A DNA stretch of 53,040 bases from Parvularia atlantis (GCA_943704415.1 CALSCO010001098.1:1-53040), one strand, 5' to 3'. Shown: positions 22,901 through 34,658, counted from the first letter of the stretch. Translations and numbers: made by a program. Notes: generated from the sequence alone by a model not told the origin.

Positions 22901-25900
22901 GTCCTTCTTGCTCGGCGGCGCGGCGCTCTCGGCAGCCTCCTTGTCGGGCGAGTTTGGGGTCTTGACGGAGGCGAGGAGCATGTCGATGTCGATGGGCGTC
23001 GAAGCCGAGCGCTTCATGGCTGCGCGAGCGTCAGGAGCCGCATGGGTGGCACGCGCCGCGCACGCACACTTGGCGCTCTCTTCGAGCGTGGCCTCGTCCA
23101 GGTCCGTGTTGATGCGCGGCTGGCTGTGCGTGTTGCTGCCGGCGTTGCTGTGGCTGCTGCCGTGCAGCAGGCCGCTGAACGCCTTAGCGACGGGCGACGA
23201 CGCCGCGCCAAAGACCGACACGGCGCGCATGTGGATGGACGAGCGGTTGGACTGCGACGTCGGGGTCAGCGCCGCACAGACCAAGCGGTGCCGTCTGCAC
23301 GCACCCGCTTGCCGACGCGCAGCGTGTTGGATCGCCCCGCGCTCTTGCCGTCCGAGCCGGTTGACTCGTTCGACGACGAGGCCGCGTGCTCGCGCACGCC
23401 CTGCTCCGAGATCGACAGGCGGATGTCGTCCTGCGCGCGACGCTGCGTGTTGACGCTAAGCGGCTCGGCTGCGCCTAGTGTCGCGCTGGCCGTGAGCTTG
23501 GCCAGCGTCGCGTCGTGCGCGCTTGTCCCGGATGCCACTGACGCGGCGGGCGCAGCCATGTCCTGGCGGCGCTGGCTCAGCGTCAAGCAGCATTATCAGC
23601 GTGTGCGCACCTCGTCCGGCCCCTCCTGCAGCGCGGCCGCGACCGCCGCCGCCTCGAGCGTCGGATCCATGGTCCAGCGCCGGCGCGAGCGCAGCTGCAA
23701 GCGCTCGTTGCTGCTCGAGCGGGCGACTGCGCACGCCGCGGTTTGTAAGCGTGGTCCGAGGGAGCGTCGCGAGAACGCACCCAGTGGTACCGGCGCACTG
23801 CTTTCGCGCGGCGGCGCTTGCGCCTCGGCCAGGTCGGCCGCCACGGCCGCGGCGCGCACGGCCTCGGACGCCTTGGCCTGCGGCGTGGTCGGCATGGCGC
23901 GCGCCGGCGTGGCCACGGCAATGTCCACAACCTGCACATGGAGCGGCCTTTTGAATAGCTGCTGCCGATGACGCGCACGCGCGCCGCGCCGCGCACCTCG
24001 TTCATCTGCGCCAGGATGCGCGCAGAGCTCGCCGAGATGCTGCGCGCGAGGCCGGCAAACGCGCTGCGCTCGAAGCGTCCCTCGAGCGCGGCCTTGGCGA
24101 GGGCGAAGAACTCGAGCAGCAGGTCAGACAACCGCTGCGTCTGGGCCGCCGTTTCAGCTATTCCCGGCTCACACCTCTCGCGACCTGAAACGCGCCTGCG
24201 ACAGCAGGTCGCCGTCGTTCTTGGAGAGCTCGCCAAAGCCGCCGCGGTGCAGCAGCGTCACGAGCAGGCGCAGGCGGATGGCCAGGTCGATGTAGGCCAC
24301 GGCCATGATCTCAAACTGCTCGCTCAGCGGCGCGATGACTGAGAGGTGCACGGGTGCGAGTGAGCCGACGTGACGGGCGGCGTTCGCGGCGCACCCTGCC
24401 GCACGACCGCCTCGCGCTGCGCCGCGGTGCTCACGCCACTGAGCGGGCCCAGCAGGCGCACGACGGTGGCGACGGCCGTGAGGAACGTGGTGACGTGGTC
24501 GTGCGAGTCGACGCGCGCCGCCGTCAGTTCCTGCGGGGTGGAGTAAGTCGTCGCCCACATGCCGCGCGCGCTTGCGCTTACGTCGATCGCGGCCTGGTCG
24601 AGCGGCTGTACCGTCTGCTGCGGCAGCGGGAAGGTAAGCGCGAGGCCGGCGTCGAGGATGGCGCGGCGTTGGGCCTGGAAGTCGCTCGAGAAGCCTGCCA
24701 CAGGACCGGTGAGCACCAGCAGCGACAGCACGGCAGCAGCGCAGCGGACCGTTGGGCGTGGTCGGGCCGCTGCCCTCGGCCGCTGGCGCGCTCGCTGTGG
24801 GCGCGATGAAAGCGTTGATCTGCGGCAGGAGCAGCGGCGCGTTTTTCGTGGCGAGCTGGCGGCGCCCAGTGTAAGCGCCGCCATCACGTCGCGCGTGCAA
24901 CGCACCCGCACGGTCGCACTGTCCTGGCGCAGCGTGAGGACCACGGCGGGGCCGTTGGCGTCGAGCGCGGCGGCGGCGATGCTCGGCCACGGGTACGACG
25001 TGATCTTCTCCTGCGGCCGAGGAGTCAGGCGAGCGGGCGCCGTGCCCACGTGCGCCGTGCCTTGGTGGCCGCGTTGACGAGCATGAGCGAGACGGCACTG
25101 ATGCCGACAAGCACATCGCCGCCCTTGCCCTTGTCGTCCTGCGACATCACGGCCGGGTGCAGCTTCTGCGACTTGCTCGTGATGCGCTGCGCCGCAGTGC
25201 TGTCAGTCGCCCATCACGCGCGCAGCCGGCGAGCGCACGCACCTCGAGCACGGCAAGGTACGTCTGCATCGCCTGCATGGGCGTCATGTCGCGCTCGAGG
25301 CGCTTCTCGGCGGCCTCGACCTGCTGCGCGATGTCGGGCTGGCCGACAAAGTCACGCGGCACCATCTGGTGCAAACTGGGCACGCGGTGCGTCTGTGAGC
25401 GGCGCGCAAAGCGACTGCGGCGACGCACCCGAGCGAGCGCGACTCGGCCGACGCGCGGAACTGCAGTGCGGCCAGGTCGACGACCTCGTTCTGCGTCAGC
25501 GGCACAGCGCCGTCGATGACGTCGACGACGGCCTTGCGGAACGCGGCAAAGACGGCGGCCGGGTCGTGCTCGTCGAACGTGTCACTCGCGCGCAGGCCGG
25601 TCTGCCAAGTGCGTGTGAGCGCCACAAGTGCGCAGAGAGAGCTGGGCGTACCAGCGTGAGGATGTCGTTGTCGCGGATGTCCTGCGCCATCAGCGTGCTG
25701 TCGAGGTCGAGCACAAGGTCTGCGTGCGGCGCGATCAGCTCTGCGCGACGGAGCATCGAGGAGCGCACGGCGCACCGCGGCTGTTGGACTTGGCCATGGC
25801 GATCTTGGTGCGGAGGGCGCCGCTCGTGCCGCCCGCGGCCGCGATGATGCCCTCCCGGCGCAGCGCGAGGCCGTCGTGCTGCGCCATGCCGAGCATCTCG

Positions 25901-26305
25901 GCCACCTGGCGGACGATGTCGCGCACGGGCGCGGTCTGGTCGACGGCGATCGGCTTGATCGCGCCCGATGCGAGCTTGAGCTGCACCGTGCGCTCGCGCG
26001 GGTGGCACTCGACCTCGACCTGCGCCGCTCCGTCACGACGCGCCCCATCGTCACGTGCGCACAAGCCGGCCGCGCACCAGCGACTCGGCCGGGTAGGCGA
26101 GCGAGCGCACGGGCGCGTTGTCGGCGAGCCACACGCGCCGCGCCGGGTCGTAGAGCGCGACGGGCAGCTCGGGCGGCACGGCGTCGGTCTTGGCGCGCAC
26201 GGCCTGGACGACGTCGGCCGCGGTCGCGTCCAGCGGCGGCTGCACGCGCACGAGCCGCGCGCCCGGCACGCGCGGGAAGCCGACGGCGAAGGTGGTCGCC
26301 GCCAT
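16956..26305 (-). CDS. Large FERM protein with talin-like head, helical segments and a probable ubiquitin-like/RA domain (many exons)
   Basis: F0/F1-like ubiquitin folds (ALYDPARRVWL; KPIAVDQTAPVRDIV; LDLDSTLMAQDI), F2 (AVVDVIDGAVPLTQNEVVDLAALQFRA), F3 (VLVGISAVSLMLVNAATKEKITSYPW). The frame stays joinable across the introns checked; a split into two genes is not fully excluded. Confidence 0.7.
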
Positions 26306-27141
26306 CCGCGACGCGGCTGCGACGCGGCTGCGACGCGGCTGCGACGGACGCGTTTCAGTGGCGCGCGAGGGCTCGAACGACAACGGGGGCGATCAGCACA
26401 AGTGGGCAGGCCGAGCAGCGATCAACGCGCGCCAAACAAAGCCGGGCAACGCGCGCGCGCGCACGGGGGGCGTTGAGCAGCCCGCGCGGGGGCCACGGAG
26501 AAAAAAAAAAGGAACGGCAAAGGGCGCGTGTCAGGTCGGCGGCGGCCCGAAGAGGAAGGTTGCGGAGCCAGACACGGGGGGGGGATGGCGGGGAGATCGC
26601 ACCGGAACCGCGCAGCCCAGCGAAGCGAGGCCGCGCGCCAGCTGACCGGCGCCCGCGCGCGCCCCCCGTTGCCTGCGGCTGCACACACGTGCGCGCGGCG
26701 GCAGCACCGCTCGGCGCAACGCCCCAAAGCCGCGCGCGCGTGCGCCGGGGCCAAAAATAGCCCGTCGGTCACGCAAGCTGTGCGCGACCTGTGCCCCGCG
26801 CGCCGCGTGTGTTGCGGGCCGAATGCGCGCGACGACGGCGTTGCGACGGGGTGGCGGCGCGCGGCCACCCGGGGAGTGCTGCGCGGGGGCGGGTGGCAAC
26901 GGGACGCAGGGTGAAACACGATCGCGACGGCGCTAGTCGCCCATTGGTCCGTTCATCGTGCTGTTCCCGCGACGGGCTCTGTCGCTCTCACCTCGTGCCA
27001 CGTACCTCGTGTGCCGCTCGCACCACGCGCGCCTCGTGCTGTCCGTCACACCCGCGCGCCCACCCTCCTTCGCCTGTCGCTGCCGCGGCTGTCGGTCTCA
27101 CCCGTCGCGGTCTCAGTGCGCAGAAGACTCGAGTTCGGGCC

Positions 27142-28731
27142 ATGACGCAGTCGTACGTCCCCGCCAAAAACTGGGCGCGGTTCCGCCAGACCATGCTCGA
27201 CAGCGGCTTCGGGCTCGACAAGGAGGAGGAGGCGTACGGCAGCGGCGCGGAGCAGCTCGTGTATCGCACGCAGGGCATGCGCTTCAGCCTGCTCGTGCGC
27301 GACTACGAGGCGTGGTGGGGCCAGCACGCCGCGGCGCAGCAACAGGCGCAGGCCGAGGCCGCGCGCGGCGGCGGCAAGAAGAAGAAGGGCACCAACTTCA
27401 GCGGGCACCCGGCGCACGTGGCCTCGCTCGCCAACGCGTTCCTGATCCTGTGCAGCGGCGGGCTGCGGCCGGGGCTCGGCCGGGGTGACGACCGCTTTGA
27501 CGGCGTTCCAACCGTGTCGATGCAGTTCCCGACCACGCGCAAGCTCTCGGTCGCCGGGCCGGTCGCGTTCCACATGACCGCGGGCACGCTCTGGAAGCTC
27601 TACGGCGGCAAGCCGCGGTTCTACTACCGCTTCACCGAGCGGCGTTACGACGGCAGCGGGCTCGAGGACGAGGAGGACATGCCGCCGAGCGCGGGCGGGC
27701 TCAACGCGGGCCGGGCCGAGGTCAACCACGTCTTCCTCGTCACCGCGGCCGTGGTCGACGATGGCCCCGTGCCCCTGCGCAAGTACACCGTCGGCCCGAC
27801 TGACAACGGCGTGTGGTGGAGCACGGGCTCGGCGCAGGGCGGCCGGCGCAAGATCGCCTTCCGCCGCGCGAGCGAACGCAAGGACGTACAGCAGACGCTC
27901 GAGCTGGCCCTGTACGTGCCCGCGACCATCGCGCTCAAGTTTATCAAGAAACTCAAGTTCAAGGACCACAGCCTCTCGCACGCGCCCGACACGGCCGCGT
28001 TCCTGCTGCTCGCCGTGACGCTGCACTTCCAGGACTGGCACCTCGTGCCCAAGCACGCGCAGCGCCTGCTGCTCACGGCCGTCACGCGAAAGGTCCGCGC
28101 GTCGTTCCTCGACCTGTCTCAGTTCGTCATGGAGTGCTTCCACGAGCCCGTCCCGCCCGAGCCGACTGCCCTCAACCCGCCCCTACCCTCGTTCTCGTAC
28201 GAGATGCACCCGGTCGACGTCATGCTCAACTACCTCGCCATCGCCGTCGCATCGCTCCTGCCCCGCATCGACGAGGTTATCGCCCACCTGCGCGCGATCG
28301 AGTCGTGGATCGTGCCCGAGCTCGAGCAGCGCCTCTTCACCATCTTTGCCGTGCTCGTCGCGGCGATGGACGAGACCCTGGCGGAGCGCGCCAAGGCGAA
28401 GCGCGCCGCCAGCAGCAGCGCTGGCGGTGCCGCCAGCCGCGCCAACAGCTCGGCCGCGAGCGCCGCCGTCGCGGGCAAGGCCGGCCCCAAGACCGCGCTG
28501 GCCGCCGCGCCCAAGACCGCCGCCAGCCCGACCTCGCCCTCGCCCTCGCCCTCGCCCACCGGCCCGGTCTCGCCGCGCGCACAGGCCACCGCCCAGGCCG
28601 CGCAGGCCGCCGCGATCGTCAACGGCAAGGCCGCGGCCAAGAGCGGCAAGGCCTCGGCGGCCGCGCCCAACGGCGTCAACGCCGGCGCCCGCCTCTCGTC
28701 CAAGGGCAAGCTGACCGAGTACACCGTATGA
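27142..28731 (+). CDS. Uncharacterised 529-aa protein, intronless CDS, candidate ADP-ribosyltransferase fold
   Basis: Strong GC3 codon bias from ATG 27142. Motifs HVASLANAFLILCSGGLRP, VSMQF, GPVAFHM and TLELALYVPATIALKFIKKLKF. Ala/Ser/Pro-rich tail. The coding call is firm; the function is tentative. Confidence 0.75.
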   Translation: MTQSYVPAKNWARFRQTMLDSGFGLDKEEEAYGSGAEQLVYRTQGMRFSLLVRDYEAWWGQHAAAQQQAQAEAARGGGKKKKGTNFSGHPAHVASLANAFLILCSGGLRPGLGRGDDRFDGVPTVSMQFPTTRKLSVAGPVAFHMTAGTLWKLYGGKPRFYYRFTERRYDGSGLEDEEDMPPSAGGLNAGRAEVNHVFLVTAAVVDDGPVPLRKYTVGPTDNGVWWSTGSAQGGRRKIAFRRASERKDVQQTLELALYVPATIALKFIKKLKFKDHSLSHAPDTAAFLLLAVTLHFQDWHLVPKHAQRLLLTAVTRKVRASFLDLSQFVMECFHEPVPPEPTALNPPLPSFSYEMHPVDVMLNYLAIAVASLLPRIDEVIAHLRAIESWIVPELEQRLFTIFAVLVAAMDETLAERAKAKRAASSSAGGAASRANSSAASAAVAGKAGPKTALAAAPKTAASPTSPSPSPSPTGPVSPRAQATAQAAQAAAIVNGKAAAKSGKASAAAPNGVNAGARLSSKGKLTEYTV

Positions 28732-28874
28732 TCGCCCGCCCGCCCCACTCGCACCTGCCAAAAACTTCTTCCACACCTCACACTTTTCGCCCCATCTGTG
28801 GCCTGTCATGTGTTCGCGTCTTTCAAGCTCGAGAGAAGAAACAAACAAGCAAGCGGGCGGCTGTTGGCCCCGCT

Positions 28875-30249
28875 TCAGTAGAGCAGCGTCGGCGGCGACT
28901 GCGTCGAGATGGCGCGGCCGTTGACGACGTCAATCGCGTACTCCTTGCCGCCCGACGGCGTCCACGTGCGCAGGCTGATCGAGCCCTGGGCGCGCCGACG
29001 CGTGTGAGCGCAGCGTCGCGCGGCCACCGCGTAGCGCACCGGCTCCGTGCGCGACATCTTGAACACGCGCACGTCGACGTACGTCAGCGGCTCGCCCGCC
29101 TCGCACACGCCCGGCTTGCGGCCGCTGGTCGTGAGGAAGTACGCCGCACCCACGCCTGCGCCTAGGGCATGAGCGGCGCGGGCGACGAGGCAGCGCGCGC
29201 GGGGCGTACCGCTAACGCGCGCGACGCCGTTGCGGTCGACCAGCACGGCCGTCGCCTCGGACACGCCGATACCGTAGGGCGCCGTGGCCCAGTCGTCCTG
29301 CTCGAGGCGGGCGAGGAATGTGATTAGGCGGCCCATGCGGTCGCGCTCGCGGAAGTGCGAGTCAGTGATGACGTTCTGCGGCGGCGGCGCGGTGAGGCCA
29401 CGCGCTCGGAGGGGTCTCGCGCGCGCGCACGGTCATGAACGGCAGCTGCAGCAGCTCGGTCGTGAGGTCCATGTAGCGGTGGTACGGGTTGTTGAGCGCC
29501 TCCTCCGAGATGATGCTGCCCGTCTCGCCCGAGTAGATGAACTCGCCCTGAATGGCGAGGCCGGCCGACGTGCCGCCGATGGTGATGCCCTTATCGCTCA
29601 CGAGCGATTGCAGCGCGCGGCTGAGGCGCGTGTTGTCCCAGTAGTTGATGTACTGCGACTGGTCGCCGCCGGCGAAGAACACGCCCTGCGCGCCGCGCAA
29701 CGACGATGAGGCTCATCAAGAATCGGGCGCATTTTGTTCGCACCTCGGCGTTCAGCACGACCTCCTCCACGCGCGGCTCGTCCGCGCCCGACGCGCGTGA
29801 GATGAGCACGGTCCAGACCGAGTTGACTCCGCCAAAGTCGTAGATGTACTCGTTGTAAGCGTCCGTGCCCGACGTGCGCAGCACGACAATGTCGCCGCCG
29901 TTTGCGTTGCCGTTGAGCCTGGCGGCGCCCGTGTCCCGTCAGCGTCCCGCCCCGACGGACGACGACGGCGGATGCGCACCACTCGAACGCGTCGTCGACG
30001 TCCGTGCCGCCGCCCATGAGGATCAGGCCGGGCGTCGTCGTCGTGTTGACGTCGCGGTTGCAGTTGCTGCGCGGCGCGTCCGCTTCGTCACCGCACGCCG
30101 CACGCCGCACGCCGCACGCCCGGCCCGAGCACGCACCCGACACACCACATCGAGAAGCCGTCGCCCGTCTCGATCGGCCGGCGCTGGGCCGCCGCGACGG
30201 CCGCCAGGGCCAGCGTGAGAAGCAGGGACGAGGTCACGCGGTGCCACAT
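28875..30249 (-). CDS. Secreted cyanophycinase-like peptidase (S51 family), multi-exon
   Basis: Signal peptide MWHRVTSSLLLTLALAAVAAA, LILMGGGTDVDDAF, VFFAGGDQSQY, nucleophile motif IGGTSAGLAI, ITDSHFRERDRMGRLITFLAR, GIGVSEATA. Confidence 0.9.
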
Positions 30250-30356
30250 TTGGTGCCGTTCGCCAGTCAGTGATTGACAATGCGCGATCAGGCTGATGGT
30301 CCTGTCGTTCCCCCTCTCATGCTCCTTCGCTGCTGCTGCTCACACACCGTACAAGA

Positions 30357-31037
30357 TCACGCGCGCACACGCACGCCGGCCCCGGCGCCCGCGCCGGATG
30401 CGACGCCGCCCGCGCTGGCCGGCCGCCCCGCCGGCGGCTTGGCCGACCCGGTGCGCTCGCGGTCGTTGCTCGGCCGCGCCCGCTCCTCCGCCGCCAGGCT
30501 TGCCGGCAGCGCGTCCTGACTGAGCTGCAGGAAGCCGTGCACGATGCGGTCGGCGCGCATGATCGGGTGCAGCGCGACCCTGCACAGCCGGCATCAGCAG
30601 CAAGCAAACGGGCAACGACGCAGCGACGGCGCGCACCAGTTTACAAAGTCCTCCAGCGCGCTCATGCGCTCGCGCACAAACTTGTCGCCGAAGCGGCCTG
30701 CGTCTCGCAGCGGGTCAGTCGTCGCGCCCCGCGTGTGCGCGGTCGCACCGGACACTTTGGCCGCGGGCAGGGCCGGCATGACGACGTCGCGGTAGCGCGC
30801 CTGCAGCAGCCGGTGCAGCCGCGCAAAGTCGTTGTAGCGCCGCGTGACGCTGAACTCGCGCCGGTCGTAGAACTCGAACGTGGTCTGCGGGCACCGCCGC
30901 GTGGTACGTCAACAGAGCCGCGTGCGCACGCCTCCTCGCCCTGCCCGCGCACCCGCGTCGTCATCGTGTAGTTGGTGTACTTGCCCAGCCCGCTGCCGAC
31001 GACGACCGGCTGCCCGAGCGCGACCTCGAGGAAGGCC

Positions 31038-31073
<36 letters not shown>

Positions 31074-31111
31074 TCGGCGTCGTCGGCGTCGCGTGGTGGC
31101 GGTCGCGCCAT
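30357..31111 (-). CDS. PX-domain (sorting nexin-like) protein; 3' end uncertain
   Basis: KYTNYTMTT, SVTRRYNDFARLH, MPALP, FVRERMSALEDFVN, HPIMR. A possible extra GTGCGT donor near 30373 could move the stop. Confidence 0.85.
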
Positions 31112-31117
31112 GCCGCG

Positions 31118-31260
31118 CGTCGCCTGAGAGTGGATGAGAGTGCAGACGTGGCCGCGGTCCGTCGCCACACCCGTCGCTCGTCTCGCAATCAAAGCACAGA
31201 CGTGGCTGCGATGCTCCGCCACACCCGTCGCCTGAGAAGCGATCAGTCCACAGACGTGGT
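31118..31260. repeat. Degenerate 54-bp tandem repeat (about 2.6 copies) in the PX/VAC14 divergent spacer
   Basis: CAGACGTGG at 31143, 31197 and 31251 (exact 54-nt spacing); CGCCACACCCGTCGC recurs. Confidence 0.8.
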
Positions 31261-31431
31261 GGCGCGGACACTGCGCCTTCGCCCTCGCCGTCTGCGCCTC
31301 GCTCCCGCGCCTCGTGCTGCACGCTGACCGCGCCGTCGTGGCACCAGCACGCAGCAGACAGCAGCAGCAGCAGCAGCAGCAGCAGTAGCAGCACGGTCGT
31401 CGTCAGCAGCGGCGCCGCGACACGCATCATC

Positions 31432-32352
31432 ATGAGTGATCTCACGCCGCTCAACCCGCAGGCGCGTGCCGCCGTGTGCCACTCGCTGCCGCTCGCTGCC
31501 GCGGCCTGCCGCGGCTGAACGGGCGCGGCGCAGATCGTGCGCGGGCTCAACGACAAGCTGTACGAGAAGCGCAAGGTCGCGGCGCTCGAGATCGACCGGT
31601 GCGCGACGTGGCGCGTGCATCACCTTGCACGGCCTCGCTGACGCGGCGCGTTGTGCGCAAGGCTCGTGCGCGACCTGCACGCGAGCGGCGAGAACGCCAA
31701 GATCGTGGCGATCATCAAGAGCCTCGTGGACGACTTTGCCTCGAGCATGAACATCCAGAGCCGCAAGGGCGGGCTGATCGGCCTCGCCGCCGTCGCCATC
31801 GCCCTCGGCCCCGTGCGCATGGCCTGACATCGGACTGATTTCGCAATGAGCACTGACACGCGCCGGTGCAGCACATCGAGTCGTACATCGCGCTGCTCGT
31901 CCCGCCCGTGCTCGCGTGCTTGGGTGACAACGACGGCAAAGTCCGGTGCGCCCGCGCTGCTCGTCACGATTCGATCGCACGGCTCACGCGGCGCGCACCA
32001 GCTACTTTGCGTGCGAGTCGATGTACAACCTGGCCAAGATCGCGCGCGGCCTCGTCCTGACGTACTTCAACGAGATCTTCGACTATCTGAGCAAGGTGCG
32101 TTCGCGCGCTCTCTTTGGCGGGCATCGCCGTTGAACGTCCGCGTCGCAGCTGGCTGCGGACCCCGAGCCTACCGCAAAGACGGCCTCGGAGCTGCTGGAC
32201 CGGCTCATGAAGGTGCGCGCGGATGGATCGAGTGCATGCCGTGCCTCACCTGCTGCATGGCGCCAGGATATCATCACCGAGGCCGGCCGCGTCGACCTGG
32301 AGCGGTTCATCCCGCTGCTGTCGGAGCGCATCTACGTCAAGCACCGTACGCG

Positions 32353-32441
<89 letters not shown>

Positions 32442-34658
32442 GCACGCACGCACGCGCAATGTGCGCAGCCGCTGAGCAGCTGCCGGTGCCGCAGCGTTCG
32501 TGCGCGAGTTCCTCGTCTCGTGGATCAGCGTGCTCGACAGCGTGCCCGGGCTCAACATGGTCAACCACCTGCCGGCGTTCCTTGACGGCCTGTTTGTCTT
32601 CTTGTCGGACCCGAGCAAGGCGCGCGGGTTCACTGCCGTGCGGCTCGCGGCTGAGCGTGCTGCCGCCCGCAGGACATCCACGTCCAGACGGCGAACGTCC
32701 TGGCCGAGTTCCTGCGCGAGATCAAGCAGCAGGAACGGGCCGACTTTGCGCGCATGACCGAGATCCTCGTCAAGTTCATCAACGCCAAGGGCACGTGCGC
32801 GCGCCTCTCGCGGCTGCAGGTGCCTGACTGCCGGCGCCGCAGACAACATCACGCAGGCCACGGCGCTCACCTGGATCAACGACTTCATCCTGCTCTCACG
32901 CGAGACAATGCTGCCGTACGCGGCCGACCTGCTCGCGGCCGTGCTGCCGTCACTCGCGCACAAGAACTCGAGTGCGCGCGCCGCCAGCGTGCGCGACGGC
33001 TGCGGCTCACGCACCAGCGGCGCGCAGACATCCGTAACATTGCGCAGGAGGCCGACGTGAACCTGATGAACTTGCTGATGGACACGTCGTCCACGTTCGA
33101 CTACGACGCGATCGTGAGCGTGCTGATCCTGCAGGTGCGCGAGGCGTGGCTGCTGGTTGTCGTCGCGCGAGCTCACTGTGCCGCCAGCTGATCGACGAGG
33201 CCGAGGACACGCGTCTGGCCGCGCTCGAGTGGCTGATGATGCTGCACCGGAAGGACGCGCGGCGGGTGCGCGGTCTGGCGTGCGGGCCATGGTGAGCGCT
33301 GACGGCCCATGCGCGCGCACGCACGCTCAGGTCATCAAGTCCGAGGACGAGATCTTCCCGGCGCTGCTCAAGACGCTGTCGGACGCGAGCGAGGAGGTCG
33401 TGCGGCTGGACCTGCGCCTGCTGGCGCAGATCTCGTCCGACGCCGACTCGATCTACTTTCGCAAGTTCATGAACAACCTCACCAGGCACGCGCGCATAGC
33501 GACGCGCAGACGACCACACTCACGCACGCACTCGCACAGCCTCTTCAGCACCGACAGGAGGTTGCTCGAGAACCGCGGCTCGCTGATCGTCTGCCAGCTG
33601 TGCCTGTCGATGGGCGCCGAGCGCATCTTTCGCAGCTTTGCCGACGTGCTGCAGGGCGAGGAGGTGCGCGCCTGTTGAGCGCACGCAAAGCCGAGGGCGA
33701 ACGGCTGACGCCGCGCGCAGGACCTCGAGTTTGGCTCGCTGATGGTGCAGCACCTCAACCTCATCCTGCTGACCGCGCCCGAGGTCGTCGACCTGCGTAG
33801 GCTGCTCAAAAATCTCAAGGACAGCACGCTAGGACAGCAGTTCTTCGCGGCGCTCTACCGCTCATGGAGCCACAACCCCGTCGCGACCTTCTCGCTCTGC
33901 CTGCTGGCGCAGCTGTACCAGCACGCGTGCGACCTCGTGCAGATCTTGTGCGCGCCGCATCTGCGCACGCCGCCGTCCGTGACTGATGCGCGCGTGCGCG
34001 CGCAGCTCCGAGCTCGAGATGACCGTCGCGTTCCTCGTCGAGGTCGACAAACTCGTGCAGCTGCTCGAGTCGCCGATTTTCACCTGTGCGCGGCCGCGCC
34101 TCGGTCGCTCGGCTGCTGACCGGCCCACACCCGCGCGCGCGCCTTCCAGACCTGCGCCTGCAGCTGCTCCAGCAGGAGGAGAACATCCACCTGTTCAAGT
34201 GCCTGTACGGGATCCTCATGCTCCTGCCGCAGTCGTCGGCCTTTGCGACGCTGCGCAACCGGCTCAACAGCGTGTCGTCGATGGGCGTGCTGCACCTGAT
34301 GCCGAGCAAGTGCGGCGGCGCTTCCTCTGCGCCCGGCCTTGGCCGCACCTGACGCGCGCGTGCAGGAAGCCGCGCGACGAGACCAAGCTGTTCAACGAAA
34401 TCAAGTTTGACCAGCTGCTGGCGCACTTCCGCGCGGTGCAGGAGAAGCACGACGCGGCGCGGCGGCTCGGTGCGTCGCGTCACCTGCGGCCGCTCTCTTG
34501 CTTCTCACGCTCGCCGCGACAACGACGCAGCGATCCTGATGCTGTCGAAGGACCCGGCGCGGCGCGCGCGGCGCACGATCGGCACGCCCGAGAAGACGCT
34601 GCCGGCGCTGGGGCCCGTGCCGTCGCCGTCCATGCAGGCGTCGTCCGCGACGTCGTGA
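31432..34658 (+). CDS. VAC14: VAC14 scaffold of the PIKfyve/Fab1 complex (19 exons)
   Basis: [121 protein letters not shown]. All 18 introns traced by hand. Confidence 0.97.
32357..32437. repeat. (CA)n microsatellite in VAC14 intron 7
   Basis: Directly visible in sequence. Confidence 0.95.

Noticed and set aside
16956..26305. Calling the FERM gene talin
   Set aside because: Only the head is talin-like; no continuous rod or I/LWEQ domain was recognised.
26306..27141. Possible ncRNA or tRNA in the longer divergent spacers (also 37188-37988)
   Set aside because: No cloverleaf, box A/B or snRNA motif was recognised; only an 11-bp GCGACGCGGCT triple repeat and short homopolymer runs.
31432..34658. 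Introner-type transposable introns
   Set aside because: The introns share only splice signals and GC-rich texture; no near-identical intron pairs or terminal inverted repeats were seen by eye.
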